This document shows positions 27,901 through 48,366 of a stretch of DNA of 64,000 nt, piece after piece. The translations under genes and the position numbers were made by a program. Each line of letters begins with the position of its first letter. Within the stretch, counting starts at the first letter, position 1. This DNA is from Paraspadella gotoi (lineage: Eukaryota > Animalia > Chaetognatha): NCBI GenBank assembly GCA_051294375.1, contig CM119265.1, positions 6,953,489-7,017,488 on the forward strand. The letters are read 5' to 3'. The notes below the pieces were generated by a model. That model did no database searches and had not been told where the DNA came from. It saw nothing but the letters and a program-made list of their open reading frames with translations.

Positions 27901-29944
27901 CCTTAGTCATTACTCGCATCTCATTGGTCGGAACTCTTCGCTTCTTTCGTTTCACTGGTGATTAATTCCACCCCCTTTTAATTTAATTTTTCTGTTTTTT
28001 TTTGTTTTTTTTAATCCGTACACGGGGGCTCTTTGGTGGTGCCTCGGATTTTTACCCTTTGTGTTATATTCTTGCCACTAATACAATCGGTTTAAATTAT
28101 TTTTGGTCGCCATTGAATGAAAACTTGTTGGCACTTTTGTTCGATCCCTGTTTGATTTCGAAACCCCAATCAGCTTGTTACCGATCCTGTTATTCATCCT
28201 TTTTATTTTTGTCATCAATTCATCGCATTCTCTAACATTTTATTTTTAAATTATTCATATCAATCATTAGTTTTTTTTCGGTTATTTAGTTTTTAGGGTA
28301 TAATAGGTTTAGAAAACGTAGGCATGGGTTTTGCCTCTTTTAGGGAATAAGTCTGATGCTGCTGCAGGAGGCGGCGGTGGAAAGCACCATCGTCACCACC
28401 ATCACATTGGGCCACAGTCTTCGCAGCCCACTGTCAGACCCGACCGCCTTCGACCGCAATTCTACAAAGGTATTACGTTTGCTGATATTCATGCCGAATA
28501 GAAAAATTCAAAATTTTTTAGCCGTGTTTATGATATTTATTTAAACTTCAACATACACACAGGTAGCCGATGAAATTTAAATGTTAATGTATACAGCGTT
28601 AAAATAATCTATCATGAGCATAGATTATGGTATTAAAATATTTGTTGTCAAAAATGCTTTCTTCTTATTAAGCTTAATTAAAATTATTATATGAAGAAAA
28701 TTTTTTTTGAAATATTGAAATTTTTTGATGGATTCGGAAAGAGCATAAAAAGTTAAACAAGAAATCTAAAAAAAATTTTTTTTTCTTTCCTTTCTATTTT
28801 TTCTTTCCTTTCTATTTTTTCTTTCTTTTTATATTCTTTCTTTCCTTTCTATTCTTTTTTTTCTTTCTATTCTTTTTTTTCTTTCTATTCTTTTTTTCCT
28901 TTCTATTCTTTTTTTCCTTTCTTTTCTTTCTATTCTTTCTTTCCTTTCTATTTTTTCTTTCCTCTTTCTTTTTTTCTTTTCTTTTTTTTCTTTCTTTCCT
29001 TTCTTTCCTTTCTATTCTTTCTTTATATTTATTCTTTTCTTCTTTTTCTTTCTGTTTATAAATTAATTTTCTTTTCTCAAATTGGATTTTTTTTTAATAT
29101 AAAAATTTGTCGTCAATCCTGATTTTTCTTATGCGATTGCGACGATCTTTATGCTTCACCCTATTGCGTGGGGCTACCCCTAACACAGTTTAATTAGTAT
29201 GAGATCTAGTTTAATAATGATATTAACTGTGCTCATTGCTCAGTACAAAACAATTTTTATCTCGCCAGACTGGCCTCGGCCCGTATTGGGCGAGATTTTA
29301 ATTTACTAATGCGTCTTAATGACGTAATATTTACATATTTAATATATGTAAAAAATTTGATTACTTTCAACAGTGTTCCGAATTATTCCGCACTACCCTA
29401 ATCAATTACTATCATATCAATAATATGTTGTCGCATCAATCATTTTTAAAATTTTTTTCGATAAATATTGAGCGATGGGTCATTATGATTTGAATATTTT
29501 TTCATTAATTTTCTTTGATGGTAATGTCTGGCAAGATCACTATACTTTTAAGATTTTTTTTTCCTCGAAATATTTTGTTGGTCATTATTTTTCAGTTATG
29601 CTTTACCACTGATGATTGCATAGAAATGATGCAAAAAATTCCAAAAAAATTTTTACACTTGGCACAGTTAATTTCATTATGAAAATATATCTCATACTGC
29701 TTATGATACTGTTAAACGATCATTCTATCACATATCATATCTAATATTCTTTCGGACTTATTAAATTTTGAAATCAACTTACCCAATCCCCATGGCTTTT
29801 TGTTTAACTACACTAGTCTATGGCCTGTGATAAAATTATGTATTAAATTATCTGTATTATCTGTACTAAATTACGCACTGAACAACATAACCAGGGTCAT
29901 TGAGCGACGTCCGTGGAAAAAAGTCTTACTCCAACTCATCAAAG
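24955..29944 (+). CDS. Putative upstream coding exons extending AMMECR1 (24955/24984-25977, 26067-26120, 27555-27819, 28344-28469, 29895-)
   Basis: GC-rich stop-free segments bounded by AG and GT; intron phases 0, 0, 1, 1 join them in frame to the conserved Met at 29945. The start codon is unresolved. Confidence 0.7.
26259..26398 (-). mobile_element. 3'-UTR-only fragment of the same CRE element
   Basis: Poly(T) followed by ctgaaagaaaacagagcaaacaaataattgcgggaatggttgc, matching about 32082-32225. Confidence 0.85.
29255..29556 (+). mobile_element. Helentron/DINE-like element, family C (composite copy at about 5792-7290; 3' end also at about 4865-4912)
   Basis: Subterminal inverted repeat ATCTCGCCAGAC/GTCTGGCGAGAT followed by cactatacttttaag. 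Confidence 0.6.
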
Positions 29945-36497
<6,553 letters not shown>

Positions 36498-36649
36498 CAT
36501 CAGGGGGATTTAGGTAGATACTCTAGTTTGTTAGTTCGCTAATTCGCTAACTTGCTTTCTACTACGTGTTTTATTTTCCCGAATTTTAAGGCATCAATGA
36601 CTATCTAGGACAATTTTTCTATCGAATCCGGGGATTGAAAACTTCCGAA

Positions 36650-37609
36650 ATGACGCAAGCGGACATTCTGGCCACGCCTTCTCGAAAGGGTTTGTGCATG
36701 TCTTCGCCCAGGAGGGCGTCGAGATGTCGAAGTGGTGTTTCTTTAGCTGGACACCGTGATCAAGGCGTCTCCGCCTCTTCCTGCTCCTCTTTAGACAATA
36801 GACATTCGTATTTAGGCGGGGAACTGGAAAAAAGAAACTCTTTGTTACTAGGGCCCGAAATTGAAAAGCGCCTTTCTTATATGCCGCGGGACTTTATTCG
36901 TTTGAATTCGGAAATTGGGATCGTATCCCAAACGTGCGACAGCCCTATTAGAGCGCGGCGCGTACCCCCGCCTCTCGCTCTCCCTACCCCGTCGCCGTTC
37001 CGACGCAGACTCAAGTTCGACTTAAATTCCGTCATCGATGGCGGTTCTCCTCCCCCGGATTCCGGCGCTGCCGGATCGGCAGACGCGGATCTCCCCGTTG
37101 CAGCGTCTGGTCTTTCGGACGGCCGTGAGGCTGCTTTGGGGCCCGACCGCGCACCGACCCGCGCTAGTGTAACTTACCTACCTTCGAGCAACAATTCCTC
37201 GGTCGCCACTGCTCTCCTTTACACGTCCCCTCCACTTTCCGAACTCACTCTACCTTTGAACACATCTGCAAACGCGGGGGACTATGGAGCTTGCGGAAAA
37301 CCATTTGCCTCAAGCAACAGCGGTTTGCCCTCCTTTCGTTTTTCATCCTGTCGGTCGACGAGCACTCCTGGGACAGGAAACTCTTCCCAAGGAGCGCCTT
37401 CGAAAGACTGGCTCTCTTTAATCCGACGTCCCTTATCTATACTTGCAAACTCTGCGTATCGCTTGAAACCCTCCCACCGACCGGGCAGAACTATAGTTCC
37501 TAATCCACCCCAATTTCTTTGCTGTTGGGGTTTTCTATTATTATTCCTGCTGTGTTTTGTCGGTCCTTTAGTTTATATTGTAGTGCTACACAAGCTGGAT
37601 CAAGGATGA
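36650..37609 (+). CDS. Intronless orphan protein (~319 aa), Ser/Pro-rich with one C-terminal transmembrane helix (tail-anchored)
   Basis: 960-nt GC-rich ORF with ATG at 36650, upstream TTTTAAG acceptor at 36590, hydrophobic WGFLLLFLLCFVGPLVYIVVL near the stop; no family recognised. Confidence 0.7.
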   Translation: MTQADILATPSRKGLCMSSPRRASRCRSGVSLAGHRDQGVSASSCSSLDNRHSYLGGELEKRNSLLLGPEIEKRLSYMPRDFIRLNSEIGIVSQTCDSPIRARRVPPPLALPTPSPFRRRLKFDLNSVIDGGSPPPDSGAAGSADADLPVAASGLSDGREAALGPDRAPTRASVTYLPSSNNSSVATALLYTSPPLSELTLPLNTSANAGDYGACGKPFASSNSGLPSFRFSSCRSTSTPGTGNSSQGAPSKDWLSLIRRPLSILANSAYRLKPSHRPGRTIVPNPPQFLCCWGFLLLFLLCFVGPLVYIVVLHKLDQG

Positions 37610-38054
37610 GTTTCACTAGACGTATTCGGTAATTCAACCAGGCAAAAAAGTTTTTAAATTATTTTTACTCCAGCTCTTTTCAGCTCATTATTCTGATGAT
37701 TCATGGTTCTTTCTGATTCATGAACTAGTCTCCACACACCCGACGATTTAATTATCTTCCTTTGTCTGTATCTTTCTCTAATTCTAGTACTAATTACAAC
37801 CGCTAAAACCCAGAAAGGGGATGACGATTGATTGATCTTTGCTGAGTCAATCAGTTCGTCTATAGTAGCTGAAAGGTTGTTCTGTTGTCATGTGGTAGTC
37901 AGTTGTTGCAAAAATGTTTGCATCCATTTTTTTCTGCTTTTTTCATACAAATTATGATTATATTACTGGTTATTATGTCGGTGGTTTAAAAAATTGGTAT
38001 TTTTTTTACCACATTTTTTTTTTGTCAGTCGATCCGAGAATGGTTTTGATATTA

Positions 38055-38971
38055 CAGAAAGCTTCATATTAGAAAATTCTCTTTCACTTTTTCGAACCGA
38101 GGCTCGGTTCTGACGTACAAATGGGACTATCGAGGCGATTTTAAATATTTTACCCCTGAGCTATGATACAGAACCATGGGGGGTCACCCCAGTGGGCCAA
38201 AAAATGACCAAAATTTTTTTTAAAAAAGATAAATTTGTTTTGTGGGATCATTTGCATTAATGTCTTAACTTTGTAAAAAAAACATTTTAAAACGAATTTT
38301 CAAAAATTTAAATTGATTTTTCTTCTTTTGAACATTGTAAGTCCATCATTTTACATCTAATTTTTGTTCCCCTAACGAAAAGCTGGCACGAGCCTCCGAT
38401 ATTCATGATCATGGAAATGGAGAAAAAACTATTTTTTCACAATAATAGATTTACTTTTCTTGACAAATAAACGTTTTTGAAACTGTTTGGGATAAAAAAT
38501 TAATAAAATTTGGAAAAAAATGTCCATTTTTTGCCCACCTGTGCTGATCTCTTAGAGGCCCATATCTCGGGTCATAGGTTAAATTTCAAAAATTCCCTCG
38601 ATAGTCCCATTATCTATTGCCCTATCGTTAATTCAAATTTTGAAGAGACAGTAATTAAACTAATTATTGTTATGTGTTAGTGACAGAACCGTTCAATATA
38701 AGCAGTCCCTGAGCTTCGGATCAGGCTGTAACACGATGTTAAAGGCGGGTTAAGCGTCCCGTCCCTCTTAACTGCTAGGCGGCCACCGGGCTAGAACCCC
38801 GGACCTTTGGGTTGGGAGGCGAATGACTTGCCTCCGGCACCAATGGCCGCTGATGAACGGTTGGTGGATTTTAGTCCACCATAATTTCATCAATGTCAGT
38901 CTATTAGTTTTTTTGGAACCGATTATTGGTTCGAAAAAGCGAAAGAGCATTTTCTAATATGAAGCCTTCTG
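38055..38971. mobile_element. TA-flanked Tc1/mariner-type MITE (family D)
   Basis: TIR CAGAAGGCTTCATATTAGAAAATGCTCTT; related pieces at about 8240-8340, 44330-44560 and 45770-45950. Confidence 0.8.
38641..38883 (-). mobile_element. 243-bp structured element containing a 72-nt tRNA-like domain (38779-38850), nested in a MITE
   Basis: Ends TGAAG...CCATA; TSD ATTT/ATTT interrupts the host MITE; acceptor stem GCGGCCA/TGGCCGC and T-arm CCGGG-GTTCTAG-CCCGG; the anticodon stem is mismatched. Confidence 0.7.
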
Positions 38972-39404
38972 TAATTTGTTTTATCTTTTATTCTCTCTAA
39001 CAAAAATTATCGCGGGATATATTTTTTCGACTTAAAAAAATATGATAAGACATAAATGATATGGAAAATTATATACATTACTGTATTTAGTACGTAATTT
39101 TATCTCCTTCTGTTTCTGCTCGAAGGTATTTTTTTTTTCTCTAAATTCATAAACATATTTAGGTTTATTTGTAGTGTCATTATTTAAATATTTTGTAGAC
39201 ATGATGTCTTTAATTGATACTGCCAAACACTCTCGGAGAAAGTTACTGACTCATTGAAAACCACTGAGTTAAATAATCTTTATCCCCTTCCTTCAATAAA
39301 GAATATGCAAAGATTTTTAAGCTTTGATTCTCTATCTTTGTAAATCACTTTAGTAATTTACTTACCCCCTGAAATTGTACATTTTTTAAAAAAAATTTTT
39401 ACCT

Positions 39405-40417
39405 TTTTATCGTCGCAATCGCTTAGCGTTTGGGACGATATTGTAACGCTTTTGCCCATAAGTGGCTTTGTCGTCGGCGGCGTTCCAAATTATAAATCAC
39501 CTTTTTTATGATTAAATTTGGGTGTATGAAGCTGAAAATTTATATACAGCTTCTCATCATCGATGTTCTTAAAACTGAGTCTGGACAGTTATTAAATATG
39601 TTTTGTTTATGTTTTATCAAAACAAACAAATTTTCTTTCTTTTATTTTCATCTTTTTTTTCTCTCTCTCTTTTCTCTTTTAATTACATGTCTTTCTCCCT
39701 CTCTCTTTTCCCTGGTCACTGATTCATAATCATAGGGGAAAAAACCGAGTCTGCAGCTGGCTCTGCAGGGCTTATTCTTTTCTCTCTTTTCTCCTGCTGC
39801 TTCTGCTGCTTCTGCTGTTGCCTTTTGATTTCTTTTTTTCTGCTGCCGCTGCTGATTCGTCTGAAAACGATTTGGCTTCCTCTCTCTCTCTCTCTCTCTC
39901 TCTGATTAATTTTTTTCCCTAAAAAACTTTGATTATCGCCATTTATTCCCAAATTTACATCCGAGATTTTCGTGGATTTTTTTTCTTAAATATTCTAAAT
40001 ATCAATCAGAATAATATTTTATTAATATATATTTACTTTATTATTTTACTTTACTTCACTTTAGTCTTTACTTCATTTTACGTCACTTTAGTCTTTACTT
40101 CACTTCGTCAGTCTGATTCTAGTTTCACTTTGTCTTTTGTCTGGGAATGCTGACAGTGTTTAGAGAGGTCGCATTCGATCAAACTGCTCGCTTATGCGGG
40201 CTAAAAGTAAAACAAAAGTACCTTCAATAATGTCTCTCCAGACTTAGCACTTACTAAAAATTAAACTCGAAAATAAGTTATTTTACTGTTTTATATTTAT
40301 TATTCTTTATTTTATTTATTTATTTTTTTTATTTTTCTCAAATTTAATTTTTTTAGTATCAAAATTTGTCGTCAATCCAGATTTTTCTTATGCGATTGCG
40401 ACGATCCTTATGCTTTT
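39405..40417 (+). mobile_element. Helentron/DINE-like non-autonomous element, family A (other copies at about 28780-29155, 54700-56815, 57010-57060)
   Basis: Subterminal inverted repeat ATCGTCGCAATCGC/GCGATTGCGACGAT, 5' palindrome, internal (CT)n and (CTG)n tracts, T-rich insertion site, no TSD. Confidence 0.65.
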
Positions 40418-41676
40418 AAGATTTTACTAAGAGGATTTGTCTCTTACTTTCTCTGTTATGAGAATTTCCCCTTACTTTCTATAGAAATTTGCTCTTCTGT
40501 CTGCACCCACTCGATCTTGACTTGCATTGCTTTAAACAAAATAGTAAATGTTTTAGTCTTAATAAACTAGATGGCTGTACAAACAAAAGAGCATTTTTAA
40601 AAACAAAATATCAAAATTTAGTTTAAGTAAATCCATCTGAGGTTTTAATCTTTTTATCCGTACCCACTAGATCTTCACTTGCACCTGCTCTTTAACAAAA
40701 TAGCAATTTTTTTTTAATTTATATTTTCTTAAATATTTAAAAAAAAATTTTTTAACAAGTACATTTTTCTTTTTTATTTTATTCTAAGTCTTGATCAAAG
40801 CAATTTAATCATATATCAGTAACAGTAACAGTTCAGTTTAAGCCTTTGAAAGTGATTTACATGTATTGGCGTATATTGTTATCGCTTTTTAATTGATTAT
40901 TTTCGTTTAAAAATAATTGTAGGAACAATTGAGTAATGACTTTGTGATTATGGAATGTAAAAGCAATGTGTAAGTTTTTTAGATCAATCTGGCATAAACT
41001 TTGCAGTTTTCGTTTCATCTGATTTTGAATATAATATTTTTCACTTTGATTTTATTTCATCTGCCATTTTGTAAAATTCATTTATCAATAATTTTTAATT
41101 TATATACTACGAGTGAGTTTTTTATGGTTTGAATTTTGATTTCGTAAGATCACCAAAACACAATACAGATTATTATTACTTTTTTGGTCGAACACATAAT
41201 TTTAAAAAGATTAAATTAAAGTAGAATTGTTTGCTATTGATCGTACGTGCAGCGTATTTAATTTCAACATAGATAATTATTTTACTTGATACACCGATAA
41301 TTGAATAAGGAAACGAACCGTTTATTTACAGAATTATTTCTTCTGACTCTCCCAGAATTATGCAACATATGATAATTTAAGTTATTTATTGTGACCATTG
41401 AATAAACGTAAAAACTATAAGTAAGTCAACTACGAACTCGGATATTTGTATCTTCAATCGTGAAATCATTTGGTTTGGAAACGTCGAGTCGAGGCACAAC
41501 CCACCGATAATATCATTGATCGTTATTCCCGGCGACGCACAAAAAATCGAGACGGTTCAATTTCAGGGCTTCCCTTTTTACGAGGAATCAACTAGCCTAG
41601 AAAAAACATAAAAACCAGAGGTTTTCGCTCGTATTTAGTTCCCTTTCCCGGACCTCCTTTTGTGATGCAGTACGCG

Positions 41677-43568
41677 ATGCCTCCAATTCGGCGGACGATT
41701 AAGAACGTCGTCCACAACTTCAGCGACTCGCAGATCAAAGTCCGGGAGGCAACCTCGAACGACCCATGGGGTCCGTCCTCAACGCTAATGGCCGAGATCG
41801 CCGATCTCACCTACAATGTGGTTGCTTTCTCGGAGATCATGCAGATGGTGTGGAAGCGTCTCAATGATCACGGCAAAAACTGGCGCCACGTGTACAAGGC
41901 ACTCACCCTGCTCGACTACCTCATCAAGACAGGATCCGAAAAGGTGGCGCAACAGTGCAAGGAAAATATATTCGCCATTCAAACGCTCAAAGATTTTATG
42001 TACGTCGAGGAAAACAAGGATCAAGGCGTCAATGTTAGGTGATAAATCATTAAAAATATCTAGTTGACTGAGCAGCCAAAATATGTTGATATTATCAACT
42101 TTTTCTTACCTACAGAGAAAAAGCCAAGCAACTGGTGGCCCTCCTCAAAGATGATGAGCGTTTGAAGAACGAGCGGGCGCGCGCCCTAAAGGCCAAAGAG
42201 CGCTTCGCTCAGACACAAGGTGGCTTCAGCAGCAAGGACGTCGACCGAAACACGACGGGTTCCGGGGGCAACACTCCCACGATACAAACACCCCCTGATT
42301 TTGGGGGAGCCAACACTTCTAGCGTCATGTACGGCGGAGGCATTGGCGGTGCCGGCGGGGGAATTGCGCCAGGTACAGCGCCCCACCGTCAGCGAACTCT
42401 CTCCGAAATTGAGTCAGCTCGCCCTCAAACCGCCGGCGAAGAAGAATTGCAGCTTCAGTTGGCTCTGGCCATTTCCAAAGAGGAAGCCGACGACGAGGAA
42501 AAGAAAAAACGTGCCGACGCGCTTCGGCTAGACATGGCGATCGCCGAGAGCAAGACCGGCGACGGAAAAAGCGAGACGGCCGCTCCGGCACCCTTCGGCT
42601 CGCCGTCTCGTGGTGCCACAGGAACGACTCCCGCTCGCGGCGCCAATCAGCTACTCGACATCTCTCTTGGTGGAGCAGCGGCCGCATTGAACGACCCTTG
42701 GGCATCGGGACTCCCGACGTCGGGGCCAATGACGAATAACGCTGATAACAAAGATGACGATTGGTTGGCCATTGGCGGCGCCACTGGGGCGACCAGTTCA
42801 ACAGACCCCTGGGGCCTGTCTGCCCCAACGCCTCCCGTTGCCCCCGCGATGGCGGCAGTTCCAGCACCGGCGGTCGATCCATGGGGAGGGCCCGTTTCGG
42901 CGGCAACCCCGCCCAGTGTGACAGCTAAACCAGCTTCGCGAACGACTTCCCCTTGGGGCGAGCCTTTGGCGACGAGCGCTGCGGCCACCAACGGCAAATC
43001 GTCGCCCTGGGAGTCCCCTGCCACCGTGAATCCAGCCACTGGCTCCGACCTCTTCGACCTGTCTGGCCTCGAGCCTGCTCTTGACGAACCATCGGGTCCG
43101 AGTCGCGACAGTAACCAGGGATCCCCCGCCACCGGCGGAAAACCCAAAAGGTCACCAGAAGACTTTCTCGGGGCCAACTCGGCCCTCGTCAATCTCGATG
43201 CCCTCGTGGCCGGAGCCAAGAAACAAAACGACGCCAGCGACAAGTGCACCAACCCTTTCGCCACCGCCTCTTCCTCTTCCTCTTCCTCCCTCGCCGTCAA
43301 CCCTTTCGTCACCCCTAGCACAAAAGGCGTTCCAATGAATCAGTTAAAATCTCAGACTGGATGGGGCAACGAAGCCGCCTCCGCCTCATCATCCGCCCCG
43401 TTTGCGCCCGTCGCTGTCGGACCCCCGCTCCAGGTGCCGCCTCCTTTCATGGGATCCACTCCCTTGGTTCCCTCTTCGTCGTTAGCCGCCAACGCTCCTG
43501 GAAAATCATCACCCTTTTCCGCGCCGGGCACCGGGGTGGACGCCGGTGGAAATCCCTTTCTCTTGTGA
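41677..43568 (+). CDS. EPN: Epsin; exons 41677 (or 41665)-42038 and 42116-43568
   Basis: ENTH domain (KVREATSNDPWGP; NWRHVYKAL), UIM EEELQLQLALAISKEEA, DPW repeats, clathrin-box-like LVNLD, three NPF motifs. Confidence 0.95.
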
Positions 43569-44569
43569 CCCCAGAGAGAGGAAAAACGAGAGACGAACAA
43601 ACCAGGCTCCCCTTTTCCTTCTCAACCCCCATTGGAAGAAAAATAGATTTTTAACGCGTACATACGTATAATATATATTGTTAGACAAACCAGATAAAAA
43701 GAAGGCTAATTGGAAATTCTTTTTTCTGTCCCCTTTTCGTAGACAATGACGAAAATGATAAATATTAGACTAGTGATATTTTATATTTTAGTTATTGTTC
43801 CATCGATTAATGATTTTTTAAGCATATAGGAAAAAAATTTAAAACGCAGTGTTTCAAACATAAATCTATTATCAATTGCAGTACTTCTGTGATAGCATTA
43901 ATTAATTTAGTTACACGCTTATATTTTCTGTAATTAAGCCTCTTCACATCCCAGCCTTTTTAAGTTCAGTTGCTTCATAAGATTTTAATTGTTTCAATAG
44001 CCTTCCTTACCATTGTTGGATAAACGAGAACATGGAGACGAGAAACACTGGCAAGCGCTCAAATTCTATGTTGGTTCAGTTTACAGCGTCTCTTCCGAGA
44101 TCTAAATTTGGGAAAATATTGAGGTTTTTTAATTGTAGATCCTTGATTGTCGATTTTCGATTAAGAATCTTGAATTAACGGTCTTTACAATTGAATCTTT
44201 GATCGACAATTTTTTTTTTCTGAATTCCTTTTAAAGGTTATACACAGGGTGCTAAGATCATAATACATGAATTAATTTATCATTAATTAAATTCGTTTAG
44301 TTAGCATTTTAAAATTGTCATGTTTATATAGAGAAGGCTTCATATTAGAAAATGCTCTTCAGTTTTTTCGAACCGAGAATCGTCTCGGATTGAACAACTA
44401 AACCGACATTGATGAAATTTTGCATGAGCTAATTTTAGGGCAATATAAATGGGGACTATTGGAGGGGATTTTTGAAATTTGCCCTATGACGGGATATAGG
44501 GGCCCCAAAGGGGTCAGCCTCGGTAGGTTAAAAAGGGGCGAAATTGTTTTTAAATTTTATTAATTTTTA

Positions 44570-45615
44570 GTCGGATCTGCTTATTGTCGGTCCCCCCACT
44601 AAACCTAGTTGGGCACTCACTTAAATCATGTCAGAATATCGAATTATGATAAATTATGCAAAAAAAAATGATGTCCGTCCGTCCTATATAAAGTTTCGAT
44701 AGAATCGTGCGAGTGGAAATGAGTTTAAATGGAAAAAACATAAGTCACATTTACTTTAATCTAATTTTAACCCATGTTAACTTGAATTAATCCTAATTGG
44801 ATTGATAGTTTGAAAGTAAATTTTGTGTGTGGGTAGGAAAGTGTGTGATTGAGCTGGATATAAAGTTTCGATGGAATCGTGCAAGTAGAAATTAGTTTAA
44901 ATGGAAAAAAACATAAGTCACATTTACTTAAATCTTTTTACTAATTTAAACCCATGATTACTGGAATTAATCATAATTGGATGGATAGATTAAGATGAAA
45001 TTTTGTGTGTGGGTAGGAATGAGTGTGATTTAGAAAGATATAAAGTTTCGATGGAATCTTGCGAGCGGAAATGGGGGAAAAAAAAGTAACATTCACTTGA
45101 AGTTGTTTTAAGTTTCTTTTTCTCTCTCTCAGATAAAATGATTGATTAGTTGATTGCGAGTTGAATGATGCAAGTTGAAAAAATAATGGAAATTAAAAAA
45201 ATTATGCCAGTTGACAAAATTATGTTAGTTGTCCAAATTTTTCCAGTTGACAAAATTATGCTAGTGGACCAAATTATAACTGTTGACCAAAATATGCCAA
45301 TTGACTAAATTATGCTAGTTGACCAAATTATGCCAGTTGACAAAATTATGCCAGTTGAAAAAATGCATCATTTTTTCAAGTTAAAAAATGACGCGAGTTG
45401 AAAAATTGATGCGAGTTAACAAATAGTAACAGTTCAGTTTAATCCCTTGCAAGCGATTTACATGTATTGGCGCAGCTACTGGTTTGGTATGATACGAACT
45501 GTTATGATCAGTTAGGATCACAAATTGAAAGAATTATCGTGATTTATCATCTGATTAGCAGATTACCGCTTAATTATTGTAGGCAGATCCGACATTGTTT
45601 GCTCAAACTTGTTTT
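44570..45615 (+). mobile_element. Family B copy between epsin and SF3B4, with a 20-bp tandem array at about 45198-45365
   Basis: Same termini and aggaaagtgtgtgattgagctggatata units as 3766-4865. Confidence 0.7.
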
Positions 45616-46648
45616 ATCCCGAACAGTTGCAGATGTTTACTTGTTCAGAAAAGTACATTTATTATTGGGAAAAAACAATTAAAACACAATGAAAATTTAT
45701 TTTAAAATGGTTTTTCTACAAAGTTAAGACAAATGCAATTGATCCGCTAAAAAATATCTTATTTATAAAAAAAATTGGTCCTTTTTTGCTCCCCTGGGGT
45801 AACCCCCTCATGGCCCTGTATCATAGCTCAGGGGTAAAATATTGAAAATCGCCTTGATAGTCCCGTTTATATGACCATTGGGATACTGTATGCAAAGTCG
45901 TATAAAAATTTGTTTCAGTGATTTGGTCAGAACCGATTCTCGGAGTTCTGTATTTCACGCGAAGTAGTGTTTTTCGCCTCCACCATACAGAGAGAAATAC
46001 GTACCCGTATCGGTGTCAGTTATTGGTGAAAATTTAACCAAAATGAATAATTTTCACCAGTTTTTTTATCAATGAAGAAAATCTTAAAGTAAAGAAAAAT
46101 AAGATTCTAGTCAATATAAAAAACTTTACGAAGTATCTGACTTCTCCCGAAGCTGCAGTTTGTGGGTTTTTCTCACCTCGATTTGGCTTTTATAAGTTTA
46201 GCTTTAAAGCCAGTGTTAACAAGCTTACATTTTATTTTCCCTTGTTCTCCTCCCATTCCCTTTAGGTTCTATAAAATATAAGTAGCTGAGCCTCGTGCAT
46301 CGCTTTCGATTATCATTGACTACAAAATAGTTGATAATAATGTTGGCCGTAAGCGTTTTGTTGTAGAATTGTATAATGTATATCTTTATACATTTTAAGG
46401 AGCCAAGTATCTAATTTTAACGTTTAAAAAAAAAACCAAGAGGATCTTTGATGCGCCATTGCATTATGTCTGATCTTCTGGATCACAAAAGTGTACGGAA
46501 TCTTTATTTTTCTCTGTTTGACCCGCTTTTATTAAATTTTTTTTTATTTTAAAAATGTCGCCCACTTTTTCTTGTTCACGTTTTGCTCGTTTGTCCGAGA
46601 GAAATGAACGGGATCATGTAAAGGTTGATGCCCGACAAACAAGGCGCT

Positions 46649-46679
<31 letters not shown>

Positions 46680-47190
46680 GAGCTTGAAAACAACCTTGTC
46701 CAAAAGTTATTCGTTCATTTCGCTCGGCCTTTCGTTTTCAGAGTGATGTAAGGTACTTTATACTACGTATATTTTTGTTCAATCATGAACAAGACCAATG
46801 AAATTTAGTTAACACATATTGCCATATCATGGTTGAACTTAAAAAAAATTTGTACCATTGCGTGCTAGCACACTGGATTCCGGAGTTTTAAAGGGTGACA
46901 TTTAAACGATTTAATCCCAGACTACACAAAATAATGAAATGTTATAATGGCCCCTTTTGTTCTCCAGATCCTTAGTCGTCCTATAAATCCGAATAATATA
47001 TTTTTAACTAATACTTTTTGGGGAAATTTCAGAATTGGGTCATGCGCTCTTTTTTTATGTATTAGGTATATTTCTGTTGGAATGAACGGTTTTTCTTTTT
47101 TATTAAAAAGCTTGACTTTCTCTATAATTGTATGTACATTTTTTTGATTTCTTTTTACTTCTAGTCTTGATAACGCCAAGGATAAAAACC

Positions 47191-48366
47191 ATGGCAGCGG
47201 GCCCCATCTCGGAACGCAATCAGGACGCGACCATCTATGTGGGTGGTTTGGACGAGAAAGTGACAGAAGCCGTCGTGTGGGAACTGTTCGTGCAAGCGGG
47301 GCCCGTCGTTAATGTTCACATGCCTAAAGACAGAGTCACCCAGAATCATCAAGGCTATGGTTTTGTAGAATTCTTAGGTGAGTATGCTTGCCTAATACTA
47401 AATAATTTATATATATTTCTCTAGATTTAGTTAGCTTTTTGTATTATGAGCGGCGCATTTCCACCCACAGGCGAAGAAGACGCCGACTACAGCATAAAGA
47501 TAATGAACATGATAAAACTCTACGGGAAACCGATACGAGTAAACAAAGCCTCCTCGCACCAGAAAAACCTCGACGTCGGTGCAAACCTTTTCATCGGGAA
47601 CCTGGATCCCGAGGTCGACGAAAAGTTGCTGTACGACACCTTCTCCGCCTTCGGTGTTATCCTCCAGACACCCAAGATCATGCGGGACCCAGAGACGGGC
47701 AACTCCAAAGGATTCGCCTTCATCAATTACGCCAACTTCGAAGCGGCCGACGCGGCGCTGGAAGCGATGAATGGCCAGTACCTTTGTAACAGAAGCATCT
47801 CCGTGTCGTACGCGTTCAAGAAGGACTCCAAAGGAGAGCGGCACGGCAGCGCCGCCGAGCGTCTGCTCGCGACGCAGAACCCGCTGTCACAGGCTGATCG
47901 TCCCCATCAGCTATTTGCCGACGCTCCGCCTATTCCGCAACCTTCGGTCGCCAATGCCATGCCTCCCCCGCCTCCCATGGCTCCGTCAGGCATGCCACCA
48001 CCTATGCCGCCCCAAGGGAGCCCGTGGATGGGCGGGGCTCCCCCGCCTCCCCCTCCAAGTTTCGCTGCCCAAAACAACGCTCCGTGGGCAAGCATGATGA
48101 CGGCGCTGCAAAATCAGATGTCGGGTTTCGTGCCGCCACCGCCGCCACCACCCGGGATGAGACCTTCTGGCGGAATGCCGCCTCCGCCGCCGCCGCCGAG
48201 TGGATTCAGACCACCTACTGGATTTCGTGATGGCGCCCCGCAACCACCAAGACCGGGATTACCGCCGCCGCCTCCGCCTCCTTCTTTCAGTGGAATCGCC
48301 AGAGGAAACGCTCCACCTGGAATGCCCAGACCGCCTCCACCGCCACCGCCACCTTCGTTCCATTGA
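47191..48366 (+). CDS. SF3B4: Splicing factor 3B subunit 4 (SAP49); exons 47191-47377 and 47471-48366
   Basis: [24 protein letters not shown], two RRMs, [13 protein letters not shown], Pro-rich tail. Confidence 0.97.

Noticed and set aside
38779-38850. Functional tRNA-Gly(CCC) gene
   Set aside because: The anticodon and D stems are mismatched and it lies inside a TSD-flanked element; treated as tRNA-like.
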